A stretch of 64,000 nt of DNA from Calditrichales bacterium (GTDB taxonomy: Bacteria > Calditrichota > Calditrichia > Calditrichales > J004). The notes under the pieces were generated by a model. That model did not search any database. It saw only the letters and a list, made by a program, of their open reading frames with translations, and was not told the DNA's origin. Made by a program: the position numbers and the translations under genes. Where the stretch lies: assembly GCA_965267575.1 (NCBI GenBank), contig OZ254086.1:32001-96000 (forward strand). Direction: 5' to 3'. This document shows positions 19,146 to 28,940 of this stretch, piece after piece. Positions within the stretch are counted from its first letter, which is position 1, and each line of letters opens with the position of its first letter.

Positions 19146-19164
19146 TGTACGAACAGTGTACGAA
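19146..19164 (+). repeat. tandem direct repeat TGTACGAA x2, possible integrase arm-type sites
   Basis: Two 8-mers with an 11-bp period between att and the integrase start. Confidence 0.45.
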
Positions 19165-19184
19165 ATATTTTAAAAGGAAACAAT

Positions 19185-20300
19185 ATGGCAGCTCCACGGA
19201 CTATTGAAGAATTGAAAAACGATCTGAAGGCGATTAACAGAGGAAAGTCTATAAAAATTCGCATTGATTGTAAAGCTGACGGCAAAAATTATTTTTTCCT
19301 GGAGTACAATAAGAATGGTAAAAGGAGTCGTGAATATCTCCGCCTTCAATTTTTTGGCGTACCAAGATATAGGCGTAACGATCAGGAGAATTACAAAAAA
19401 GTAAGAGCAATTCAAGAACGAAAGGAAACCGAACTTCATCAAAATAAATATAATTATAAACTACATAATCAAAAACTGGAGCTCTCATATCTTGATTTTT
19501 TTGAAGAGCTTACGCTTAACCGTAAGAGACCGGATAAATCCTGGCGTAATACCTTATCTCACCTTAAAAAATTTCTAAAAGGAAAAGACATCTCTTTTTC
19601 GCATGTAGATGCCAGATTTTGTGAAAGGTTTAAAGACTACCTCTTGGATAACGTCAACAACAATACAGCGCACACATATTTCGGAAAGATCAAAGCATCT
19701 CTGAACAAAGCAATTGAGAGAGATATAATTTCCGCTAATCCAGCGCAGCGCTTTCATATTAGTAAAAGTGAAGTGAAACGCGAATTTTTAACCGAGGAAG
19801 AATTACAAAAACTTGCTAATACCCCCTGCTTTAGCGAACAAACCAAGAGGGCTTTTTTGTTCGCTTGTTTCACCGGTCTTAGGATCTCGGATATAAGACA
19901 GTTGACCTGGGATAATATTGAAGATGGATATTTATCATTCACTCAAATGAAAACAAAGGGCGTTGAACGCCTAAAGCTGCATACGACTGCTCTAGAAATT
20001 CTGGAATTACAAAAAGCAGACACCTCAACAATCGGCAAACTTTTCAACCTTGTACAGGAGCGATATTCAAATAAACACTTAAAGAGCTGGGCTTTAGAAG
20101 CCGGAATAAAAAAGAAAGTCACCTGGCACGTCGCCCGCCATACGTTTGCTACATTAAATATCGGAGCTGGGACTGATCTTTATACCGTCGCCAAACTATT
20201 GGGACATAAAGATATAAAAGTGACGCAGATTTACGCCAAAATCGTCGATGAACAACGCGACAAAGCAATCGACCACTTGCCCTCCATAGATATTAGTTAA
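19185..20300 (+). CDS. tyrosine recombinase/integrase
   Basis: FACFTGLRISDI, HVARHTFAT, LLGHKDIKVTQIYAK catalytic motifs; arm-binding-like N-terminus. Confidence 0.95.
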   Translation: MAAPRTIEELKNDLKAINRGKSIKIRIDCKADGKNYFFLEYNKNGKRSREYLRLQFFGVPRYRRNDQENYKKVRAIQERKETELHQNKYNYKLHNQKLELSYLDFFEELTLNRKRPDKSWRNTLSHLKKFLKGKDISFSHVDARFCERFKDYLLDNVNNNTAHTYFGKIKASLNKAIERDIISANPAQRFHISKSEVKREFLTEEELQKLANTPCFSEQTKRAFLFACFTGLRISDIRQLTWDNIEDGYLSFTQMKTKGVERLKLHTTALEILELQKADTSTIGKLFNLVQERYSNKHLKSWALEAGIKKKVTWHVARHTFATLNIGAGTDLYTVAKLLGHKDIKVTQIYAKIVDEQRDKAIDHLPSIDIS

Positions 20301-20408
20301 GGTTATTCCTCCAAGAAGGTTCGTCACTTATTTAAGTTGTATCTTTAACTTGTTCCGTTATTTAATCTTCGTATATTATTCCCCATTCCACCTAAAAGGA
20401 GAATAACG

Positions 20409-21132
20409 ATGACTTTTATATCAACCGGCATTAAGCCACTCGACGAACAACTTGCGGGCGGTTTTGAAAAGTGTGGGTTAGTAGTAATAGGCGCGAGACC
20501 GATGTGGGATAAATGGAAATTTATAATAAATATTATGACGAATATTACTTGCGAACTTCAACAATCTTGTATGTACTTTGTTTTAGAATCAGAGCCAGGA
20601 AGCACAGCGGACAGGTTTTCAAAAACGGTAAAAAAGCTATATGACGATGCTGAAGCAAACGATCATAATAAGAGGTTTGGATAAAATCAATGATATAAGA
20701 AATATGATTCGATTGACGGCTCAGTCTCTAAAGCTTAGGGTGGTTATAGTAGAATCCATAAGCAAGATGTATACACATCATATCGACGATGACGAACAAC
20801 ATGAATTGTTTAGAAGCCTGCACGCACTGGCTAAGGACCTCAGTCTGGTTATCATCTTGTTAGACAATTTAAAAAAGATCGACTTGCTTATTGAACCATC
20901 CGATTTTAAACATGAATTAGCGGAATTCTATGCCAGTCAAATGCTCATAATAAAGCGAGCATCGTTTTACGATGATAATTACGCATATGAATTTAATGGT
21001 GAAGATAAATGTGAAGTAGTATTAGTCAAAAACAGACCGGGTGATATAGGAACGGTATGGCTGAAATATAAAAACGGTATTTTTTCTGATGATGATATTA
21101 TATCGAATAACTTCTCGGTAACAGAGTTTTAA
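20409..21132 (+). pseudogene. frameshifted, degenerate DnaB C-terminal-like gene
   Basis: STGIKPLDEQLAGGF..LVVIGARP in ORF1; SLHALAKDL and EVVLVKNRPGDIGTVWL in ORF2; Walker A degenerate (GARPMWDKW); ORFs overlap near an A6 run at 20630-20635. Confidence 0.65.
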
Positions 21133-21458
21133 CATACAAGACGGAAATAAGAGCCACAACCCGCTCGTGTCATCACGCATAACAAATGAGCGCTCTTTCT
21201 GGTCTTTAGTTTCTTCAAAATTTGCTGCCATTTTTGGACCAATGTGATCAACAGATTTTAATTTATCTGCAATGTTAGTAGGTCTTCCTGTAAAAGTTTG
21301 TTAAATTACTATTTTGCCTAAGTTCATTCCGGAGCCAAACAAGGCGATTATTATAATCTTTTGGCACAGTTTATTAAGACGCCGGTTTTTAAAAATCTTC
21401 AATACTCTAGGTGAGTAAATGATTCCATAATTATGTTTCATTGGCAACAGTACGAACC

Positions 21459-24311
21459 CTACTCTCCAACCTTCCCCAGCAACACTCGCACCTTCTCCTG
21501 CAATTCCGCCAGCGCATGATGCTCACATAAAGCCAGGCTTTTCTGTGCATAAAAACGGGCAGAGTCCGGTTGGCTTTGCGCATGGTATACGCCGGCAAGA
21601 TGAAAGTAGGAATACGCCAGCACTACCGCGCTGTCGTCCAGCAGGGCGCGGTTGTGGGCGATGCTCTTTTCCAGCCAGCGCTGCGCTTCCACCCAGTCTT
21701 GCAGTGACTTGTGGGCCGAGCCAAGATTGTTGAACACCATACCCTGCTGCCCAAGGTTGTTGGATTTTTCCGCCAAGGGCAATGCCTGCTTAAGATAGAT
21801 GAGCGCGGAATCCGGCTTCTGTTGCTTGATATAGCCGGCACCGATCTGGTTGAGCAGCGCCAGCCGCAAGCTGTCTGCTTTGCCGGTCGTGGCGTCATTT
21901 AAATGCAGCAGGTAGAATTGGGTTTGGTAGTGCAAGCGTTCTGTTTCGCTCAAAGACTGCCACCAAGCCTGCTGCATATTCTCGCGCACATTTTGGGTAT
22001 TCGGGTGGTCTGGCCCTAAAAATTTTGTAAGGATTGTGAGCGCTTCGTTGTATTTTTCCAGCGCCCCGGCATAATCACCTTTGGCTCGCAGCACCTCCCC
22101 GATGTTGTTCAAACGTATCGCCACCTGGGGATGATTTCTGCCGAAATAGAGCTCGTCGATTGTGAGAGCTTCACCGTATTTTTCCAGCGCCCCGGCATAA
22201 TTGCCTTGTGACTCCAGCACGCCGCCGATGTTGTTCAAGTCCGTAGCGACATTCGGATGCGTTCTGCCGAAATAGAGCTCGTCGATTGTGAGAGCTTCAC
22301 CGTATTTTTCCAGCGCCCCGGCATAATTGCCTTGTGACTCCAGCACGCCGCCGATGTTGTTCAAGTCCGTAGCGACATTCGGATGCGTTCTGCCGAAATA
22401 GAGCTCGTCGATTGTGAGAGCTTCACTGGATTTTTCCAGCGCACCCATATAATCGCCTTGTGAAATAAGCACTCCAGCGATGTTGTTCAAGATTTTTGCA
22501 ATATTGGGATGAGTATCTCCAAAAGCATTTCTCAAGATCGTGAGTGCTTCGTTGTATTTTTCCAGCGCCCCGCCATAATCACCTTTGGCCTCAAGCACGC
22601 CGCCGATGTTGTTTAAGTCTGTAGCCACCCCGGGATGATTATGGCCGAAATAGTTCTTATGGATTGCGAGTGCTTCAGTGAGTTTTTCCAACGCCCCAGA
22701 ATAATCGCCTTTAAAGTGAAGCACAACGGCGATGTTGTTCAAGACTGTCGCGACATTAGGATGTGTTCTGCCAAAAGCATTCTCGCAGATTGTAAGCGCC
22801 TCATTGTATTTTTCCAGCGCCCCGCCATAATCACCTTTGGCTTGCAGCACCTCCCCGATGTTGTTCAAGACTGTCCCGGCATTGGGATGCATTCTGCCAA
22901 AAGCTTGCTCGTAGATTGTCAGCGCTTTGTAGTATTTCTCCAGTGCCCCCGCATAATCGCCTTGTGAATGAAGCACGGCGGCGATGTTGTTCAAGTCCGT
23001 AGCGACATTCGGATGCGTTCTGCCGAAATAGAGCTCGTCGGTTGTGAGAGCTTCACTGTATTTTTCCAGCGCACCCATATAATCGCCTTGTGAAATAAGC
23101 ACTTCAGCGATGTTGTTCAAGATTTTTGAAATATTGGGATGAGTTTCTCCAAAAGCATTACTCAAGATTGTGAGTGCTTCGTTGTATTTTTCCAGCGCCC
23201 CGGAATAATCACCTTTTGCTTTCAGCACCTCCCCAATGTTGTTTAAGTCTGTAGCCGCCCTGGGATGACTACGGCCGAAATAGTTCTTATCGATTGTAAG
23301 TGCTTCAGTGAGTTTTTCCAACGCCCCGGAATAATCGCCTTTAAAGTGAAGCACACCGCCGATGTTGTTCAGACGCATCGCTACGTTGGGATGATTCCTG
23401 CCGTGCTGCGTGGTATCGATTGCCAACGCTAGTTGGTATGTGGCCAACGCCTCATCGTACCTCGCGAGCTCACCCAATGCTCGCCCCAGCATGTTCATGT
23501 GCTCGGTGTTCCCAGGGGCGGCGCTGTCGGCTTTGTTAAAATAATAGGCCGCGCTGTGGTAGCGGGCCTCTGAGAAATAGGTCTGACCCAAATTGAACCA
23601 AATCTCCGGAAGGCGCTTTTCTGCTGCCCGGCCTTCGTGAACCGTGCGCCTGTCTTTGCGCTCCGCTTCTAAGAAGCTCTTCCTGGCTTCAGTCAATTTC
23701 GTATCGCGCACCTCGTAGGTCGCCGCGGCATTGGCATCATCCAAAGCAGCCAGGCCGCGCAGGTTCAGGTCATCGCTGCTGCGCAGACTCTCCTTGTACT
23801 GGTCCACGGCGGTGGTCAATTCGGCCTCGCTCAGCCCCAATCGCGCCGCCGCCTTTTCCATTTCCAGTTGACGGGCAAATTCCTTCTCTTTACTTTCAAT
23901 CGAAGCATTCAATCGCTGGCGGAAGACGTATTCCAGCATACGCGCGCTGCGCAACAGGGCGAGCGAGCCTTTTTGCGCCAGCAGAATGGTGTGTGGCTTC
24001 TGGTAGTCGGCGTTGCGCGGCAAGCGCAGGAAGCCATCCGGTGGCTCGAGCAGCACCATTCCTTCCTTTTGCACCTCCACAAACAGGTCGCTGCCCGCCT
24101 TCAGGAAATACTCTTCCGCCATCTCCTTCGCCATGCGGAATTCGAAATAGCCGTCTGTGTTGCTGAGCTTGCTGTCAAGCCCCGGTATGCGCACGCTGGC
24201 ACCTGCCACGGCGTTGGAGTCGGCATCGAGCACAAAGCCGTGAATGCGCACCTGCGCAGCCAGCGGCATAGCGGCGCACAGGCAAGCGATAAGAAAGAAT
24301 TTGGTTTTCAT
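21459..24311 (-). CDS. secreted protein with a prealbumin/CarboxypepD_reg-like N-terminal domain and a long array of 42-aa TPRs (kinesin-light-chain-like)
   Basis: Signal peptide MKTKFFLIACLCAAMPLAA; VRIHGFVLDADSNAVAGASVRI; repeated HPNVATDLNNIGGVL..GDYAGALEKYNEALTI. Confidence 0.85.
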   Translation of the reverse strand: MKTKFFLIACLCAAMPLAAQVRIHGFVLDADSNAVAGASVRIPGLDSKLSNTDGYFEFRMAKEMAEEYFLKAGSDLFVEVQKEGMVLLEPPDGFLRLPRNADYQKPHTILLAQKGSLALLRSARMLEYVFRQRLNASIESKEKEFARQLEMEKAAARLGLSEAELTTAVDQYKESLRSSDDLNLRGLAALDDANAAATYEVRDTKLTEARKSFLEAERKDRRTVHEGRAAEKRLPEIWFNLGQTYFSEARYHSAAYYFNKADSAAPGNTEHMNMLGRALGELARYDEALATYQLALAIDTTQHGRNHPNVAMRLNNIGGVLHFKGDYSGALEKLTEALTIDKNYFGRSHPRAATDLNNIGEVLKAKGDYSGALEKYNEALTILSNAFGETHPNISKILNNIAEVLISQGDYMGALEKYSEALTTDELYFGRTHPNVATDLNNIAAVLHSQGDYAGALEKYYKALTIYEQAFGRMHPNAGTVLNNIGEVLQAKGDYGGALEKYNEALTICENAFGRTHPNVATVLNNIAVVLHFKGDYSGALEKLTEALAIHKNYFGHNHPGVATDLNNIGGVLEAKGDYGGALEKYNEALTILRNAFGDTHPNIAKILNNIAGVLISQGDYMGALEKSSEALTIDELYFGRTHPNVATDLNNIGGVLESQGNYAGALEKYGEALTIDELYFGRTHPNVATDLNNIGGVLESQGNYAGALEKYGEALTIDELYFGRNHPQVAIRLNNIGEVLRAKGDYAGALEKYNEALTILTKFLGPDHPNTQNVRENMQQAWWQSLSETERLHYQTQFYLLHLNDATTGKADSLRLALLNQIGAGYIKQQKPDSALIYLKQALPLAEKSNNLGQQGMVFNNLGSAHKSLQDWVEAQRWLEKSIAHNRALLDDSAVVLAYSYFHLAGVYHAQSQPDSARFYAQKSLALCEHHALAELQEKVRVLLGKVGE
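22141..22426. repeat. exact 126-bp tandem repeat within the TPR gene
   Basis: 22141-22266 is identical to 22267-22392, followed by a partial third copy. Confidence 0.9.
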
Positions 24312-24385
24312 TGTGATCCCGCCTTTGCTGCCTTTAGTTTGTGCTTTAACATGCCGTTTTGCAAATCGTAAGGTTCAACTACGAC

Positions 24386-25315
24386 CTACTCGAAAGGAAT
24401 CTTATCTCCGGCAGTAAGTACTTTGTATGCACTAAAACCGGCGTGGCCGTCTTTTAACACGCGCACGTAAACCGAGCTTTCATGTTTGGCTTTCACGATG
24501 AAATTGAAATCACCACTCTCCAGGGTGCGGCCAACGCCAAGCGTATCACCACCAACTTTTTCCAGCACGAAAATATCTGCTTCGGCGACACCATCTCCCT
24601 CTGCATACACGACCCTGCCGTAGTAGCGGGCGCTATCCGGAAGCCAGTTTTTGCTGAGTTTTTCCGGCAAATCCAGGATGAAAGTCGCAATCGCCAGGAT
24701 AGCTGTTACAATTGTCAACCACAGCGCCAGCTTTTTTGCCTTGCTTTTTTCCGCGGCAACCGGTGGCTGATTGATAGTGACATTCCCTCCCGCCTGAATG
24801 ACATTGCCGTGTACGTTTTCTATCTTTTGCTGCAGTGCTTTGACATGTTCAATCGCTTTTTCAGGGGACGATGGTTCTTTTAATTTGCCAAGCCTATCCA
24901 TTACGATTGCAGCGTTGTCCGGGTTCAGTGGGGTAGAATCCCTTCCTGTAGCCAATGCAGAGAGTATTTTCGGGATGTCTTCTTCCGTTGTCGTTCCGGG
25001 GATGGCGTTAATGGCATGAAGCGGAGGCGGCAGGGGCGTATCATCCAACACGTACGGGATGACAGGCTTTTTTAAAGCAAGGGCCGTGTTCCATTCAAAT
25101 TCTACATAGTATGACCTGCTGGCATTTTTTGACCAAAAAAGGACGATCCCATCGCTGGCGAGAATGGCTTCACCGATCGCTTTTGCCCAGCTTTGACTGC
25201 CATAAAGACTTTGCTGGTGGCTCCACACGTTGCAGCCACGCGTTTTTAAAGCCGTCTCGATTTCTGCGACTGTCTTCGAATCGTCATGAGCGTAACTTAG
25301 AAAAACATCCGGCAT
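24386..25315 (-). CDS. TIR domain, transmembrane helix and C-terminal prealbumin-like domain
   Basis: DVFLSYAHDD, FWSKNASRSYYVEFEW (TIR Glu retained); TM LALWLTIVTAILAIATFIL; YYGRVVYAEGDGVAEADI; GGAGG RBS before 25315. Confidence 0.85.
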   Translation of the reverse strand: MPDVFLSYAHDDSKTVAEIETALKTRGCNVWSHQQSLYGSQSWAKAIGEAILASDGIVLFWSKNASRSYYVEFEWNTALALKKPVIPYVLDDTPLPPPLHAINAIPGTTTEEDIPKILSALATGRDSTPLNPDNAAIVMDRLGKLKEPSSPEKAIEHVKALQQKIENVHGNVIQAGGNVTINQPPVAAEKSKAKKLALWLTIVTAILAIATFILDLPEKLSKNWLPDSARYYGRVVYAEGDGVAEADIFVLEKVGGDTLGVGRTLESGDFNFIVKAKHESSVYVRVLKDGHAGFSAYKVLTAGDKIPFE

Positions 25316-25776
25316 TGGATCCTCCAGAGCACCGACCTTCAACCGTAGGGTTCGTACTCCACAGATTTTGCTATTCTCCCTCTTATTCAATTTTACAATT
25401 AAGGAGACGTAATTGTAATGATGTAATCAAAATAACACATATTATCCGAATTATCCCGAATCAAATGCACGCAGTCATAGAGCCGCTTCACCGCGTTTTT
25501 AAACTGGTTTTCTGGTAAAATGCAAAGCAGATCCGCGAATCGCAATCAAATGGCTGAGGTACAAGTCATATTCTGCTTCCATTTTGGGACTAAAAAGTGA
25601 AGCTTTTGACTCGCCTATCGCTGCAATAAATTGTAGTTCACATTGAATTTTTTAAGTAATCTCATCTCTGGTTATTTGTATATTAAAACTCCTATTTTTT
25701 AAATCTAGAGTTTTATTTCAATTTTTAAAAAATTATTGTATAATTATAGTAATAGTACATATTCTCTAACTCTAGC

Positions 25777-27597
25777 ATGACTCAGCCTTTCTACTACAAA
25801 AGCGACGTTCAGATAAATAGGTACGAGAGATTAATTGGAAAATCTGCTCGTGACATTACCAGCTTTCTAAAAACAGAATTCAAAAAAAACAATCAACCGA
25901 TAATATCAAATATACTCTGGTATAAAAATAGTTCTAGCTCACTTCACACTATTGGCATACCAAGACCGCCAACAATCCCGCCATTCAGAGTTAATCATGA
26001 ACAATATCAACAGCATCTAACTAAGATTTGTTGGTTTTTAGGCAAATACTTCACAAGTCAATTTGGTCAAAATCAAATAAAAGAAATCTTTACATATTTT
26101 AAAAATCTGACAAAAAGCGGCACTTCTATATTCAGCATTACTGTTCCTGATTTTACAAATTCTATTATTTCAGAATGGGAGACTTGGCTCTCAATTTCAG
26201 GCGAAAAATTTAATTTGAACTATAAAGAGTTTTTACAGCTAACTAAACGAGAGCCTATAGTTGAGCAAGCTTATCAGCTGGCTAATCTATTGTTAGTATT
26301 AATACCTGAAGTACTAGGACGAACTACAAAGAGAAATATATTTCAACAGGTCTATTTGGATATTACAACTCCCAAAAATCCAAATATTATATACAAAAAC
26401 TTTCATAACAGTGTTCATAACGGATATATTGTTGAACTTAAACCAGAAAATCTGCTTTACGAAAAAAGCCCATTTAAAGATTTGGGCAACATTTTGTCTT
26501 CATTATTAACAATGCCTTTATATCCAGATGAACTCCTCACTATAGTCCAACACTTATTGGATCGCAAAAAGCCAAAACTAGACGAAAAATCAGCCGTTTT
26601 TAAAGACATCCATTTTTCAGGTATCATAAAGCCAATTATTTGGAAAGGACAGTTTCAAGGAATAATCTACGCTTTGACGAGAGGAAGTAATTCTAGTTTT
26701 CAAAGTTTTGAGCCAAAAGATCTTACCCTTTTTAATCTTATCATTAACGATTTTGATTTCTCCTCAACTATAGTTGATGCAAACAAAAAAATATTTGCGT
26801 TTAGTTCACTAACATCCAAGGAACAGGATATTCATCCATATTTGCTGCTTTTAAAAAATATTGAGCTTCTAACCAACGCTAGATCATATATTGCTCTTTT
26901 TAATATAAATGACAGTAAAAAGTGTTTTTTCAGAAGTCTTCCAAGTGAAGCCAAAGCCGAAACAGCCATAGATTATCAAAGTTTTGCAAAGCTCATTGAG
27001 CAATCGTTTTTAAAAAGACCAATTTCCGATTTCGCTCTTAAGCCAAACTATGACGATAGGAAGAATTTATTTGTCGAGATAAAAAAACGAGTGCCTGAAA
27101 ATCTTTGGAAAAAAATCAAAGCTAATAATAATATAGTTTTATTAAAGCTATTTTCTCTTAAAGAGAAAAAACTAAGCTATCTAATATTGTTTTACAAAGA
27201 GCTCCCTGAGAAAGTTATTGCCGGTCACATTCCCAATGAATTTTTATATGCCAAATGCGCGGAGCAGATTTCTAATGATGTAGAATTTGGGATAAATTTG
27301 ATATCCGGAATAGGCTACAATTCGGTTAAATATTTTAAGGCGGAACTTTTTTTAGACAGCCTGGAAAAAGCGTGCGAAAAATTAAAAAAAATGGGCAAAA
27401 AAATTAACACGAGTCAGCTTGAAACGGTGTACGAATCTCCTTTATCAACTCGTAAAACAGTGAAACGTCAAGCAATTGAAAAATTATTAAAAAAAGAGTA
27501 CAAAAACGAGATAATTTACCTTGTAAAGAAGAATCCGAACTCCTGGCCTCTAACAAGGTCTTTGACAGCTTATAAGAATATAAAAAGGACAATATAA
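25777..27597 (+). CDS. hypothetical cytoplasmic protein with a possible GAF-like segment
   Basis: 606-aa AT-rich ORF; IIKPIIWKGQFQGIIYAL...FEPKDLTLFNLI resembles the end of a GAF domain. Confidence 0.6.
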   Translation: MTQPFYYKSDVQINRYERLIGKSARDITSFLKTEFKKNNQPIISNILWYKNSSSSLHTIGIPRPPTIPPFRVNHEQYQQHLTKICWFLGKYFTSQFGQNQIKEIFTYFKNLTKSGTSIFSITVPDFTNSIISEWETWLSISGEKFNLNYKEFLQLTKREPIVEQAYQLANLLLVLIPEVLGRTTKRNIFQQVYLDITTPKNPNIIYKNFHNSVHNGYIVELKPENLLYEKSPFKDLGNILSSLLTMPLYPDELLTIVQHLLDRKKPKLDEKSAVFKDIHFSGIIKPIIWKGQFQGIIYALTRGSNSSFQSFEPKDLTLFNLIINDFDFSSTIVDANKKIFAFSSLTSKEQDIHPYLLLLKNIELLTNARSYIALFNINDSKKCFFRSLPSEAKAETAIDYQSFAKLIEQSFLKRPISDFALKPNYDDRKNLFVEIKKRVPENLWKKIKANNNIVLLKLFSLKEKKLSYLILFYKELPEKVIAGHIPNEFLYAKCAEQISNDVEFGINLISGIGYNSVKYFKAELFLDSLEKACEKLKKMGKKINTSQLETVYESPLSTRKTVKRQAIEKLLKKEYKNEIIYLVKKNPNSWPLTRSLTAYKNIKRTI

Positions 27598-27598
27598 A

Positions 27599-28435
27599 AT
27601 GGATATTTTGGTATCAATTGTAATTTCAGTCATGGCATCTATTTATGCAATGATTTTAGCCGATAAGTATGGATTACACAAAAATAAATATATATTCATT
27701 TCAATCACCGCTGTTATCGTTTTCTTTTTTGCAAATATTATGATTGGGTTTTTGCCGGCCGGTTCTACAAAGCCACAAACAATCGTACCACAAGATTCCA
27801 TACCGCAAGGACCAAAAACTTCAGAATTTTCTTTTAGAACGGAGATGCAATCCAGTCTAAAAGAAAAATTTTCTAAGCTACAATCCAGAGTGAAAAATAT
27901 CCAAACCGATTTCATTACTATCAATTTTACTAGCTTTAAGAGCAAAAATTTTAAGGATCATGAACGAACTAAAATCAGAAAAATTAGAGAAGAGGTACCA
28001 TTGCTAGCAATCGAATACGAGACCATTAATGATGTTGAACTAACCCCTGCATACCAAATATTGAAGTATGATAATTTAGCTTATATAAAAACTATTTTTG
28101 CGGAATTGGAATCTACTATGGATAGCAAAAAAAAGTATATTAGAAAAGCAGCTCTAGATTTAAAAAATGCCTTTAGTATTTTGAAGGATGTTAAGAATTC
28201 ACACGATAGAATTGATAACGATTATATCGTCAGGCTAAAAATATGGATTACCAAAAACGACACAGAAAGCCGATTATACTATTTAGCTTCTTGGCTTAAC
28301 GCATTGAAATATAAAATTTCCGGTAATGAATTGGATTGTGAGAATTGCAAAAAGGACTGGGCAAAAATAGAAGACAAGTATAAACAAGAATTCCCTGCAT
28401 CAGAGCATCCGAGCCTATACCTTTGTATCAAATAA
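27599..28435 (+). CDS. hypothetical membrane-anchored helical protein
   Basis: Two N-terminal hydrophobic helices, then a helical soluble region; starts 1 bp after the upstream stop. Confidence 0.65.
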   Translation: MDILVSIVISVMASIYAMILADKYGLHKNKYIFISITAVIVFFFANIMIGFLPAGSTKPQTIVPQDSIPQGPKTSEFSFRTEMQSSLKEKFSKLQSRVKNIQTDFITINFTSFKSKNFKDHERTKIRKIREEVPLLAIEYETINDVELTPAYQILKYDNLAYIKTIFAELESTMDSKKKYIRKAALDLKNAFSILKDVKNSHDRIDNDYIVRLKIWITKNDTESRLYYLASWLNALKYKISGNELDCENCKKDWAKIEDKYKQEFPASEHPSLYLCIK

Positions 28436-28517
28436 AAGAAAGCCTTTATTGTGATTTTTTGCAACATTTATGTTTCATATTGCTTATATTTCGTCTAACG
28501 CTTAAGGAGGCAACAAA

Positions 28518-28655
28518 ATGTCACGACGAGTAAAAAATGCAATTGCCATTATATTTATTACGATTTTCTTGGTATTTGGTGTTTTTTTTCTTTACGCACA
28601 ATCCTCCCAAATAAGCATTCCCCCACCTTCTGAAATGCCTTTTGATGGATTATAA
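28518..28655 (+). CDS. 45-aa secreted peptide 1 (MSRRVKNAIAIIFITIFLVFGVFFLYAQSSQISIPPPSEMPFDGL)
   Basis: AAGGAGG RBS at 28504-28510; basic N-terminus plus hydrophobic core; motif shared with the next two ORFs; absent from the ORF track. Confidence 0.75.
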   Translation: MSRRVKNAIAIIFITIFLVFGVFFLYAQSSQISIPPPSEMPFDGL

Positions 28656-28754
28656 TTGTTAATTTCAGATTATTTCTTTCAATTTAAAATTTTAGTGACG
28701 AATAAATAACTTTACGAGCAAATTGTATCAACTTGTCAAATGGGCAAGGCCATA

Positions 28755-28940
28755 ATGAGCAAAAAAAAGTTACTTACGATTTCGTTGGGAATAGTCTTGA
28801 TAATTTTATTAAAGTCTGACTTCTTAAATATCTCAAGTCAAAATTCACTTAGGTTACCAGATTGCTCATCTTTGCCTAACATAGATGAAAAAGATATTAA
28901 AATAGCTTCTCCCAGCCAATTGCCACCTTTTGACCTATAA
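28755..28940 (+). CDS. about 61-aa secreted peptide 2 (MSKKKLLTISLGIVLIILL...LPDCSSLP...ASPSQLPPFDL)
   Basis: Signal-peptide-like N-terminus; two xxxSxLP motifs; alternative start at 28740. Confidence 0.65.
   Translation: MSKKKLLTISLGIVLIILLKSDFLNISSQNSLRLPDCSSLPNIDEKDIKIASPSQLPPFDL

Noticed and set aside
21022-21231. 69-aa minus-strand ORF
   Set aside because: It overlaps the DnaB-like gene antisense and has no recognisable features.
22141-23400. CRISPR or non-coding tandem repeat
   Set aside because: The units are in-frame 126-bp TPR coding repeats.
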